Shown: positions 1 to 6,320 of the stretch, piece after piece
Layout: every line of letters begins with the position of its first letter
Position numbering within the stretch: the stretch's first letter is position 1
From: a virus
DNA: 10,391 nucleotides
Strand: one strand, 5' to 3'
Virus genome (UHGV): UHGV-0229635
The notes under the pieces: generated by a model
What the model was told of the DNA's origin: nothing
What the model saw: the letters and a program-made list of their open reading frames with translations, nothing else
Databases searched by the model: none
Position numbers and translations under genes: made by a program

Positions 1-116
1 GGCTGTTCTCCGGTACTGGTTACAGCAACAAAGCGGTCATGAAAGCAAACCTTGAACCCGTTGCGCTTAAGGAACTTGTACGCAATCTGACAGAGTTCGT
101 GGTGTGTTAACGCCAT
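1..116 (-). CDS. hypothetical protein, N-terminal 38 codons only (gene continues past the window start); begins MALTHHELCQIAYKFLKRNGFKV
   Basis: ATG at 116..114 sits one nt after the TGA stop of the upstream gene (118..120), a typical coupled junction; open frame runs to the window edge. Not in the ORF track because it is truncated. Confidence 0.35.
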   Translation of the reverse strand, partial: MALTHHELCQIAYKFLKRNGFKVCFHDRFVAVTSTGEQ

Positions 117-117
117 A

Positions 118-675
118 TCACTCTCCTTTGATGCGAATGCCAGCGGCGCGGGAATCATTCCATCGCTTTACTTCTTCACGAATTACGTCAATGCATTCTT
201 TCGAATCCATTAGGTAATCTTCATCAAAAAGACGTTCCTGTTCGTTTTCTATCGCAACAATGATTGCTTCAACTAACTTTTGTTCCTGAGAATCACTTTC
301 TAACTCTGCTATGCGCTTACTCCCATCCGAGATAACACCTTCGTAATATTCACGCTGTTCGTTGAGTTTTGATTTTGTCTCCTCAAGCTCAACGCGCAGC
401 TTCCCTACCGTTAGCGCAATATCCTCGTTCTCCTGGTCGCGGCGTTTGATGTATTGCTGGTTTCTTTCCTGTTCATCCAGTAGTGCCAAAGCAACCTTTG
501 GATTAAAGGCAGCAATAAATTCAGCGTTGTTTTTCAGAACGTGTTGCGCAATGGCCTGACTACTTAGTCGGACCTCATAACCACGTGCGCCACGGTGTGG
601 TTTATATGAGTCCCAGCCTCCCCACGTTGCTTTCTCTGCCGCCTCACGCAGTGCCTGATAGTCAATCTTGCTCAC
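118..675 (-). CDS. 185-aa coiled-coil hypothetical protein, possibly Ead/Ea22-like (weak recognition)
   Basis: ORF track; GTG start overlapping the TGA stop of the upstream gene (GTGA); GGAGG 8 nt upstream; charged heptad-like central region. Confidence 0.5.
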   Translation of the reverse strand: MSKIDYQALREAAEKATWGGWDSYKPHRGARGYEVRLSSQAIAQHVLKNNAEFIAAFNPKVALALLDEQERNQQYIKRRDQENEDIALTVGKLRVELEETKSKLNEQREYYEGVISDGSKRIAELESDSQEQKLVEAIIVAIENEQERLFDEDYLMDSKECIDVIREEVKRWNDSRAAGIRIKGE

Positions 676-896
676 TCTTCATCCTCCAAGTCTGCAACGG
701 CGTCCATCACATCAGAACCGCGAATAACCTCAAAAGCACGGCAGGCCATTTCAAACACCTGTTGTTCTTGCGGATGCGGTGACTCCCAATACTTAAAACC
801 AGGTCGATGCTCGTAACCCATCATGGAATAAAAATCGCCAGCAAGTTCAATCGCGGCATCAACAAGTTCGCGATTTGTCATCGTCTGTTCTGTCAT
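672..896 (-). CDS. 74-aa acidic hypothetical protein
   Basis: ORF track; ATG at 896 overlaps the stop of the upstream gene (ATGA); AGGAG 8 nt upstream. Confidence 0.5.
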   Translation of the reverse strand: MTEQTMTNRELVDAAIELAGDFYSMMGYEHRPGFKYWESPHPQEQQVFEMACRAFEVIRGSDVMDAVADLEDEE

Positions 897-1168
897 TTTG
901 TTTTCTCCTGTCTGAACATCACTATCATCAGGTCGCCTTTTGTCGCTATCCTGGCTGTTGTACCTGGTTCAATGCGGCTAAGCTCAAATGCGTCATAGAA
1001 CGCTTCTAATGCCTTCTGGCGTAATTCCTGTTTGCGCCGTTTTTTCCACTGTTTCAGGAAAATGGAACCCAGCCATCGCCATGTACTGGACATGATGTAA
1101 AGCCAACCGAGAAGTGCCAGACCGGTATTTAGGGCCGTATCTATCGTTATCGTAGTGTCGATATTCAC
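893..1168 (-). CDS. 91-aa small protein with an N-terminal hydrophobic segment (membrane-anchored?)
   Basis: ORF track; GTG start overlapping the upstream stop (GTGA); AGGAG 8 nt upstream; hydrophobic stretch LALLGWLYIMSSTWRWLGSIFL. Confidence 0.5.
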   Translation of the reverse strand: MNIDTTITIDTALNTGLALLGWLYIMSSTWRWLGSIFLKQWKKRRKQELRQKALEAFYDAFELSRIEPGTTARIATKGDLMIVMFRQEKTK

Positions 1169-1413
1169 TGTGGTGGCTCCTGCTTTTCTGCCTTCAATAC
1201 CATGCGAGAACCATCATCCAGCTCCCAATTAATTTCACCGCCTTCAGCCATGACTAGATGCCAAACGAGTTGTGCGGCCTCGTTGGTTACATCGCGACCG
1301 CGATCATTGCCGACACGACGTTTTGTTCCATCCCCTAAGTCACGCATTTTTGCCAACACGATTGTTTTTGATAGCGGTGAAAAACCAAGCTGTAGTCGTG
1401 CTGAATTGCTCAC
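1165..1413 (-). CDS. 82-aa hypothetical protein
   Basis: ORF track; GTG start with AGGAGG 7 nt upstream; GTGA overlap with the upstream gene. Confidence 0.5.
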   Translation of the reverse strand: MSNSARLQLGFSPLSKTIVLAKMRDLGDGTKRRVGNDRGRDVTNEAAQLVWHLVMAEGGEINWELDDGSRMVLKAEKQEPPQ

Positions 1414-1610
1414 TGGTTGCCTCCTTTGCGCCGCATCGCATTCAGATATTTGTTGTCATTAACAGAACCGAAACTATTTCTCTTAAGCAATTCTTCTCTC
1501 GATGGCATTGGCTTTACGCGTTGGTGAATAATCATTTCTGCCGGAAGAATGCCGGGATTGTATGCAAGTCCTCTCATGGTAAATTCCTCAGTCATTACTG
1601 ATAGCGCCAT
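1410..1610 (-). CDS. hypothetical small protein; true start may be the internal ATG at 1577 (55 aa, MRGLAYNPG...)
   Basis: ORF track frame; ATG at 1577 is preceded by GAGGA with a 7-nt spacer and lies just after the upstream gene's stop, whereas the ATG at 1610 has no Shine-Dalgarno. Confidence 0.45.
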   Translation of the reverse strand: MALSVMTEEFTMRGLAYNPGILPAEMIIHQRVKPMPSREELLKRNSFGSVNDNKYLNAMRRKGGNQ

Positions 1611-1884
1611 AGCGTGAGCGGTAATTACGCAGGCGCGGGTCGATATATTCAGGGAAGTGGGTATATGTGAATTTGCGGAATGGTCGGATTGATGTTTCGT
1701 TTATTCTGTCTTTTTCCTGTTTTTCTGCGAGTTGTATATCGCGTCGGTACTTCCGTTCTTCTTTTGTTTCTGGTGGCAGAGCAAGAAACGCGTCGAGATT
1801 ATTCTTGATATTTTCCAGCACCTCCGATATGGAATTGCCGGAACAGCGGCGAGCGTCATCCGCACCATACAGAGGCGCTGGCAT
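1588..1884 (-). CDS. 98-aa hypothetical protein
   Basis: ORF track; ATG at 1884, 23 nt after the stop of the upstream gene; weak AAGG Shine-Dalgarno. Confidence 0.5.
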   Translation of the reverse strand: MPAPLYGADDARRCSGNSISEVLENIKNNLDAFLALPPETKEERKYRRDIQLAEKQEKDRINETSIRPFRKFTYTHFPEYIDPRLRNYRSRYGAISND

Positions 1885-1907
1885 AATGGGAGCCTTATTT
1901 TCAGTAA

Positions 1908-2495
1908 TCAGAAAGGAGGGTAATCGTTCTGGCTGTAACCATAATCATCTGCATGATTCTGGCTTACGTTTTTAGAGCGATTGTCTTTATCTTTGAGGCT
2001 GGCAACCATGTTGGCGATAGTTTCTGGTTGCTTGCCTTCCGCCTTTTCTTTAAGTGTTTGACCTGTTTGTGCAATAAACGGGATGCGTATTTCCATCTGG
2101 TAACTGTCTGCACCAGTCTTTTTGTTTGTGGTTAATACTTTCTGTAGCACTAACCCGATTTTCTTTCCGTGAAACTCAGGAGCAACAAATTTACTGGCGG
2201 AAACCATATGCTGCGTTAATTGTCCAATCCCGGCACACCCCATCATGGCGTGAACGACATTTGCGCCAAATTTGTTTTCCGTTCCGTCATTTTTCTGAAC
2301 ACAGACGCTAAGATATTGGATTTTACGTCCGTCGTCGGATTCGCCAGAAAACTCAATAAATTTGGCTCCTTTTTCTGATTGCTTTAGTTCTGCTTCAGTA
2401 ATGGTAATGATATGAGCGCCAGTTTCGTTAATAAAACCACCTTGCCCTGCGGTCAGTGCTGCTTCTTCGTTATAAGTAAAAATCACGTTGCTCAT
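1908..2495 (-). CDS. putative ssDNA-binding partner of the Sak4-like ATPase (Gp2.5/SSB-like); 195 aa
   Basis: Immediately downstream of and coupled to the Sak4-like gene (ATGA overlap); acidic C-terminal tail ending in aromatic residues and a terminal Phe (..DDYGYSQNDYPPF), as in SSB and T7 gp2.5 tails. Family assignment is by recollection only. Confidence 0.55.
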   Translation of the reverse strand: MSNVIFTYNEEAALTAGQGGFINETGAHIITITEAELKQSEKGAKFIEFSGESDDGRKIQYLSVCVQKNDGTENKFGANVVHAMMGCAGIGQLTQHMVSASKFVAPEFHGKKIGLVLQKVLTTNKKTGADSYQMEIRIPFIAQTGQTLKEKAEGKQPETIANMVASLKDKDNRSKNVSQNHADDYGYSQNDYPPF

Positions 2496-3172
2496 GCGGC
2501 GTTTTCCTTAATTTGATGATCATTATTGATGCCGTAGTAATCACAAATAGTGGCATCGACGAAAGAGAGATCGTTATCAATCTCATTGGAGTCAAACATT
2601 CCCATTGGGGATTTAACAGTGTCTGCACCGTTGTTTTTTGTGGTGAAAAAGAACTGGTCATCACGGGTAAGGGTGCGAAGAACTATAGTAAACATGCCTT
2701 CGACAGTGATTTTCTCGTCCAGCATTTTGCCGATAGTCTTCATTTTCACACGCCCCATAGGAGTTTCTTCGGTGTGCGCAAGAAAATAGACTCTCAGGTC
2801 ATCAGGCGCATCCTGTGCAGCCTTAATGACCTCCCATGCGTGACGGCCTATCTCAGTGAATTTATCAAACGACTTTTCTTCTGAGCGGCGCATAAACTCA
2901 TTGCTCATCACATACTGGAAGTCATCAACAATAACGATTCTTTTCCCGTATTCGTGAGCACGCTTAATTACGGCAACTATTACGTCCCATTTGTCAGTGG
3001 TAACTACGGTTCCTTTTTTTGCTCTGGCATCCCATGCCAGCCAGTCTTTTGATTTAAATGGAAGCGGCTTGCCTATTGGTTTTATAAGTATTGCTTCCTC
3101 TGGATTGATATTTCTCATGCTGGTTGATTTTCCGGTGCCAGATTCACCGAGTATTAATGTCGCAGTTCCCAT
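2492..3172 (-). CDS. Sak4-like P-loop ATPase (RecA/Rad51-core single-strand annealing protein of phage recombination modules); 226 aa
   Basis: Walker A GESGTGKST near the N-terminus and Walker B-like hhhhDD (RIVIVDD); size and context match Sak4 of HK620-type phages; GAGGTG Shine-Dalgarno before the ATG. Confidence 0.75.
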   Translation of the reverse strand: MGTATLILGESGTGKSTSMRNINPEEAILIKPIGKPLPFKSKDWLAWDARAKKGTVVTTDKWDVIVAVIKRAHEYGKRIVIVDDFQYVMSNEFMRRSEEKSFDKFTEIGRHAWEVIKAAQDAPDDLRVYFLAHTEETPMGRVKMKTIGKMLDEKITVEGMFTIVLRTLTRDDQFFFTTKNNGADTVKSPMGMFDSNEIDNDLSFVDATICDYYGINNDHQIKENAA

Positions 3173-3180
3173 AATTCACC

Positions 3181-3369
3181 TCAGAATGGTAATTCGGATG
3201 GGGAGGAAAGAAATTCGCGCTCATTCATGCGCTCTCTTTGCGCCTGCCATAAACAAAGTTGTTTCTTTGATTTATCTCCCGCTTTACGCCAGTAACGAGC
3301 CTCAGCAATGTGATATTCTCTTTTTAATCGACTTAACTCTGGAGTTTTCGCCAGTTCTACCGGAATCAT
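3181..3369 (-). CDS. 62-aa basic hypothetical protein, sitting where lambda has gam
   Basis: ATG at 3369 is preceded by GGAGG (spacer TCAAA) and overlaps the kil stop (ATGA); the ORF-track start at 3381 is an in-frame upstream ATG with no Shine-Dalgarno. Confidence 0.5.
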   Translation of the reverse strand: MIPVELAKTPELSRLKREYHIAEARYWRKAGDKSKKQLCLWQAQRERMNEREFLSSPSELPF

Positions 3370-3479
3370 TTTGACCTCCATTTTCTGTAGGCTTCTACGG
3401 CCTCACGAAACATCTTTTCATCGCCAATAAAAGTGGCGATAGTGAATTTAGTCTGGATAGCCATAAGTGCTTGATCCAT
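3366..3479 (-). CDS. kil: Kil-like host-killing/cell-division inhibitor peptide (37 aa, MDQALMAIQTKFTIATFIGDEKMF...)
   Basis: Begins inside the 3' end of cIII in a different frame, as lambda kil does; N-terminal sequence matches my recollection of lambda Kil. The ORF-track N-terminal extension to 3569 overlaps cIII and is not credible. Confidence 0.65.
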   Translation of the reverse strand: MDQALMAIQTKFTIATFIGDEKMFREAVEAYRKWRSK

Positions 3480-3618
3480 TTTTTGGGACTCCTGGCTGAT
3501 TAAGTATGTCGATAAGGCGTTTCCATCCGTCACGTAATTTACGGGTGATTCGTTCAAGTAAAGATTCATTTAGTTGGAAGGCACCCATGCGAGCGCCTCC
3601 CGCGATTGCGTAAATCAT
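3448..3618 (-). CDS. cIII: CIII, inhibitor of FtsH-mediated CII degradation (56 aa)
   Basis: Translation MIYAIAGGARMGAFQLNESLLERITRKLRDGWKRLIDILNQPGVPKNGSSTYGYPD is near-identical over residues 15-56 to lambda CIII (..SLLERITRKLRDGWKRLIDILNQPGVPKNGS.TYGYPD); AAGGA Shine-Dalgarno. Below the ORF-track size cut-off. Confidence 0.85.
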   Translation of the reverse strand: MIYAIAGGARMGAFQLNESLLERITRKLRDGWKRLIDILNQPGVPKNGSSTYGYPD

Positions 3619-3642
3619 GGGTGGTTCCTTATGTTGGTTTTA

Positions 3643-4611
3643 TTAGTAGGTTATTTTTGTTGCGAATACTTCGCCTTTTGCGATGGCTATTATGATATTT
3701 TTAGCAACATCTTCTGATGCGCCAACCTTGATAAGGTCAGCAAGTATTTTGTTATTTACTTCTCTCCGGTGAGCTTTATCCTTTGCTCTACGCTCTTCTT
3801 CGTCCTTGATTCTTTTTTCTTCTGCTATTCTGGCTTGCTCTTTTGCTTCAGCCTCGCGCCGGATTCGTTCTGCCTCCTCCTGTGCTTTTCGGCGTTCTGC
3901 TTCAATTGCTGCCTGCTTTTCTCTTTCAGCTCGTTCTGCTGCCTCTTTTGCTTCGCGCTGTGCTCGTTGCTCGGCTTCAATGCGTTCACGCTCTGCACGT
4001 TCCGCTGCGGCCTTAGCTTCTGCTTCTCGCCTTGCTGCTGCTTCAATTTCGGCTTTTGCCTTTGCTTCGGCTTCAGCTCTGGCTTTCTCTTCAGCTTCTC
4101 TTTTTAAGCGTTCTTCATGCTCTCGCTTTTCCTGCTCCGCTTTGAGTCTTGCCTCTTCTCTTTGGCGGTCAAATTCGCGATCCATCAAAATCGCTATTTC
4201 ATGGTCAGACTCAATTTGCTTTGCGAGAGCTTCAGCTGCTGCCTTAGCTTCTTCTTCGGCTTTAATCCGCGCCTGTTCTTCCTCATAATCAGTAAGAGGC
4301 TGGCGTGCCTTGGCTTTCAGCTCATCAAGGCGATCACGCACTGTCTTGCGGTTAGCATCAATTAGCTTTGGAATTTCCTTCAGTTCAGCAACAAGGTCTT
4401 TGCCAAGACCATCGAGATATGTTTTCGTCTGCGCAACTTTATACGCCAGAGAAGCGATCTCCTTTCTTCCCTTTGCCGTTGTGATATCAGGCACAAAGGA
4501 CATAACTTCACGTTCAACCTTTTGAAGGATTTCTTCAATCTGATCGGCAGACTGAAATACAGTCATTGCATTTGCTTTTTCAATAACAACTAAATCTGTT
4601 ACTTCACTCAT
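3643..4611 (-). CDS. 322-aa protein with a globular N-terminus and a long Ala/Glu/Lys/Arg-rich coiled-coil (KfrA/TolA-like low complexity)
   Basis: ORF-track frame; start reassigned to the ATG at 4611 (GGGGGA Shine-Dalgarno), because the track's TTG start at 4665 would place an intrinsic terminator hairpin inside the coding sequence. Confidence 0.7.
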   Translation of the reverse strand: MSEVTDLVVIEKANAMTVFQSADQIEEILQKVEREVMSFVPDITTAKGRKEIASLAYKVAQTKTYLDGLGKDLVAELKEIPKLIDANRKTVRDRLDELKAKARQPLTDYEEEQARIKAEEEAKAAAEALAKQIESDHEIAILMDREFDRQREEARLKAEQEKREHEERLKREAEEKARAEAEAKAKAEIEAAARREAEAKAAAERAERERIEAEQRAQREAKEAAERAEREKQAAIEAERRKAQEEAERIRREAEAKEQARIAEEKRIKDEEERRAKDKAHRREVNNKILADLIKVGASEDVAKNIIIAIAKGEVFATKITY

Positions 4612-4623
4612 ATTTCCCCCGTT

Positions 4624-4650
4624 AAAAAAATCGCCCTCACACTGGAGGGC
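4624..4650 (-). terminator. rho-independent terminator on the minus strand (stem GCCCTC/GAGGGC, loop CAGTGT, then T7 tract)
   Basis: Read directly: plus-strand gccctcacactggagggc preceded by aaaaaaa, giving a hairpin plus U-tract on the leftward transcript. Confidence 0.6.
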
Positions 4651-4754
4651 AAAGAAGATTTCCAATAATCAGAACAAGTCGGCTCCTGTTTAGTTACGAG
4701 CGACATTGCTCCGTGTATTCACTCGTTGGAATGAATGCACAGTGCTTATTTGTA

Positions 4755-5225
4755 CTAATAAAATACCCAATTTTCTGTTTCTTGGTTGTGTCCAAAGTTA
4801 TATTCAATATCTGGTGTTGATGTATCAATATTCTTCATCTCATCAACAAGAGTTGATACAACAGCCAAATCTTGTTTGATTCTCATTAAATGGTATTTCT
4901 TCCGGCGCAATAAACTTTCAATGGCAAGTTTCTTCGTTGGGAATGCAAAAGATCTTTCTGCATTTTTTGCTACTTTCTTAATTGCATATCTATTTCTCTT
5001 TTGTTTCCATTCCTGTAACCACTGATTTGGTGCTGGTTTAAAATTAACAATCCAATGCGCAGGAACCAACCATGCATAATGCTCTGTCTGATGAAAAGCT
5101 ATATATTGAAGTGCGAATATTTTGATTCCATCTTCTTCAACTGTCGCCTGGAATCTCCAGAAAACAGGCATTCCATCATGTTCAGTTTCTGATTCAGGAA
5201 AAGGTACGCTCCATGATTTTGTCAT
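4755..5225 (-). CDS. 156-aa hypothetical protein encoded by an AT-rich moron
   Basis: ORF track; GAGGTG Shine-Dalgarno 5 nt upstream of the ATG; visibly more AT-rich than flanking genes; followed by 89 nt of non-coding sequence and the terminator at 4624..4650. Confidence 0.6.
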   Translation of the reverse strand: MTKSWSVPFPESETEHDGMPVFWRFQATVEEDGIKIFALQYIAFHQTEHYAWLVPAHWIVNFKPAPNQWLQEWKQKRNRYAIKKVAKNAERSFAFPTKKLAIESLLRRKKYHLMRIKQDLAVVSTLVDEMKNIDTSTPDIEYNFGHNQETENWVFY

Positions 5226-5282
5226 ATCTCACCTCAAATAATTCAGTGCAGTGTTTATTCTGTTGCTTATTCCAAAGCAAAT

Positions 5283-5525
5283 TTAACCAGCAACAAACTC
5301 TTCTGGTAATTTATCAACCACTTGATGGCTTATTATCAGCCATTTGCCATCCTTCGTTCCGTATGCATATTTCTGGTCTTTTATCATCATGTGTTCAGCT
5401 ACTGCCTTAACTGCCTGTTCGGTTACATCTTCTTTCTTTCCCACCCACATTCCTTTTTCAGTGTTTAATGTTCCTTGAAAAATACGACCACTTAATGGGC
5501 TTGCGCCCATAGTTTTGATTTTCAT
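5283..5525 (-). CDS. 80-aa hypothetical protein (MKIKTMGASPLSGRIFQG...)
   Basis: ATG at 5525 is preceded by AAGGAG (spacer ACAT), directly after the terminator at 5533..5561; the ORF-track extension to 5588 lacks a Shine-Dalgarno and overlaps the terminator. Confidence 0.55.
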   Translation of the reverse strand: MKIKTMGASPLSGRIFQGTLNTEKGMWVGKKEDVTEQAVKAVAEHMMIKDQKYAYGTKDGKWLIISHQVVDKLPEEFVAG

Positions 5526-5532
5526 ATGTCTC

Positions 5533-5561
5533 CTTAAAAATAAAGGCCGATTATGCGGCCT
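5533..5561 (-). terminator. rho-independent terminator on the minus strand (stem AGGCCG/CGGCCT, loop CATAAT, then T-rich tract)
   Basis: Read directly; lies immediately 3' of the membrane-protein ORF stop (5566) and 5' of the Shine-Dalgarno of the next gene. Confidence 0.55.
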
Positions 5562-5565
5562 GAAA

Positions 5566-5904
5566 TTAATTAACCAATGATGCTGCATATTCGATAAGGT
5601 AAAGCTTTGGGGCCAGCCAAATTTTTAACCAAGTCATATTGGTTACTGCACCAATAATAAAATCCCCCCACAGAGTCAAAACTCCAACCAATGGCACGAT
5701 AAGAAGATTAATATCACCTTTGCTATCCCAAACCATTGTCGGCCTGTATTTGGGATTTCCTTTCTCCCATGAATATCCTTCATCACCGATTTCACCTGTC
5801 TCAACTCTTTGGCACTGCTTCTTCATAAACCAGAAAACCAGTGGGATTGTTAGAATGGCTATTAATGTTTTAATCAGACTGTCAACCATATTCCATAGCA
5901 GCAA
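5566..5904 (-). CDS. small multi-pass membrane protein (about 107-112 aa); possible superinfection-exclusion-type protein
   Basis: ORF track; three hydrophobic segments (LIKTLIAILTIPLVFWF, INLLIVPLVGVLTLWGDFIIGAV, WLKIWLAPKLYLI). No good Shine-Dalgarno before either the TTG (5904) or the ATG (5889) start; the frame stays open upstream to 6018 without a canonical start codon. Confidence 0.45.
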   Translation of the reverse strand: MLLWNMVDSLIKTLIAILTIPLVFWFMKKQCQRVETGEIGDEGYSWEKGNPKYRPTMVWDSKGDINLLIVPLVGVLTLWGDFIIGAVTNMTWLKIWLAPKLYLIEYAASLVN

Positions 5905-6094
5905 CTGATGAACAACATCAGGAATCTGTGCCTGGCTAAATGAAACAGCCGCGTCTATTCCATTGCTGGCTTTTTGCAGTAGTTCTACGAGAATCTTGTT
6001 TGCTTGTTCTTCCGTATATCACCTTAAATAGTGGATTGCGGTAGTAAAGATTGTGCCTGTCTTTTAACCACATCGGGCTCGGTGGTTCCTCCAC

Positions 6095-6143
6095 TTTCCA
6101 CAGTCAAAGGAAATGGGTAGACTGTTGTTTCCACAGTCAAAAG
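6095..6143. repeat. two direct copies of TTTCCACAGTCAAA(G/A)G, 33 bp apart centre to centre
   Basis: Read directly: copies at 6095..6110 and 6128..6143; the second ends 12 nt before the ATG of the plus-strand small gene. Confidence 0.6.
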
Positions 6144-6155
6144 AAGGGCTTTGTT

Positions 6156-6320
6156 ATGACAGATATTGTTAATCCCAAAACCAACCCACACGAAGCCGCT
6201 CAACAGATTATTGTTGAGCTTATCAGAGCCGGTAATCTTGCCCCTGGCATTGACGGAAAGCCAAGCACAGTTGTTTATGAAAAAATTCTTGATGAGATTA
6301 TCAGAATAAACAGTAAGTAA
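6156..6320 (+). CDS. 54-aa hypothetical protein (MTDIVNPKTNPHEAAQQIIVELIRAGNLAPGIDGK...), transcribed antisense to the pL operon
   Basis: ATG at 6156 with a GAAGGG Shine-Dalgarno-like sequence upstream; the ORF-track extension to 6051 has no start signals; convergent with the minus-strand gene ending at 6321. Confidence 0.5.
   Translation: MTDIVNPKTNPHEAAQQIIVELIRAGNLAPGIDGKPSTVVYEKILDEIIRINSK

Noticed and set aside
1202-1975. Several plus-strand ORFs (1202..1462, 1272..1601, 1667..1975, 1732..1923) antisense to the minus-strand gene chain
   Set aside because: Cys/Ser/Arg-rich translations and no start signals; the minus-strand genes are tightly packed with strong Shine-Dalgarno sequences and coupled junctions.
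3366-3618. Apparent frameshift between two overlapping frames containing an A6 run (looked like a broken gene)
   Set aside because: The upstream frame is a complete CIII with its own stop, and the downstream frame is Kil starting at an internal ATG; lambda has the same overlapping cIII/kil arrangement, so no frameshift is needed. The 67-aa ORF-track entry 3366..3569 is an artefactual N-terminal extension of kil.
3769-4288. Long plus-strand ORFs (3769..4107, 3806..4288, and 3825..4046 on the minus strand in another frame) with Ser/Ala/Phe/Cys-rich translations
   Set aside because: They are alternative-frame or antisense readings of the repetitive coiled-coil coding region; low-complexity composition and no start signals.
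4612-4665. ORF-track N-terminal extension of the coiled-coil protein from a TTG start at 4665
   Set aside because: The extension contains the intrinsic terminator hairpin and T-tract (4624..4650) and has no Shine-Dalgarno; the ATG at 4611 with GGGGGA upstream is the credible start.
6021-6155. 46-codon minus-strand ORF (MWLKDRHNLYYRNPLFKV...) upstream of the membrane protein, as a possible frameshifted N-terminus
   Set aside because: Basic, non-protein-like composition; the GGAGG is about 14 nt from the ATG; joining it to the membrane-protein frame gives no coherent sequence.
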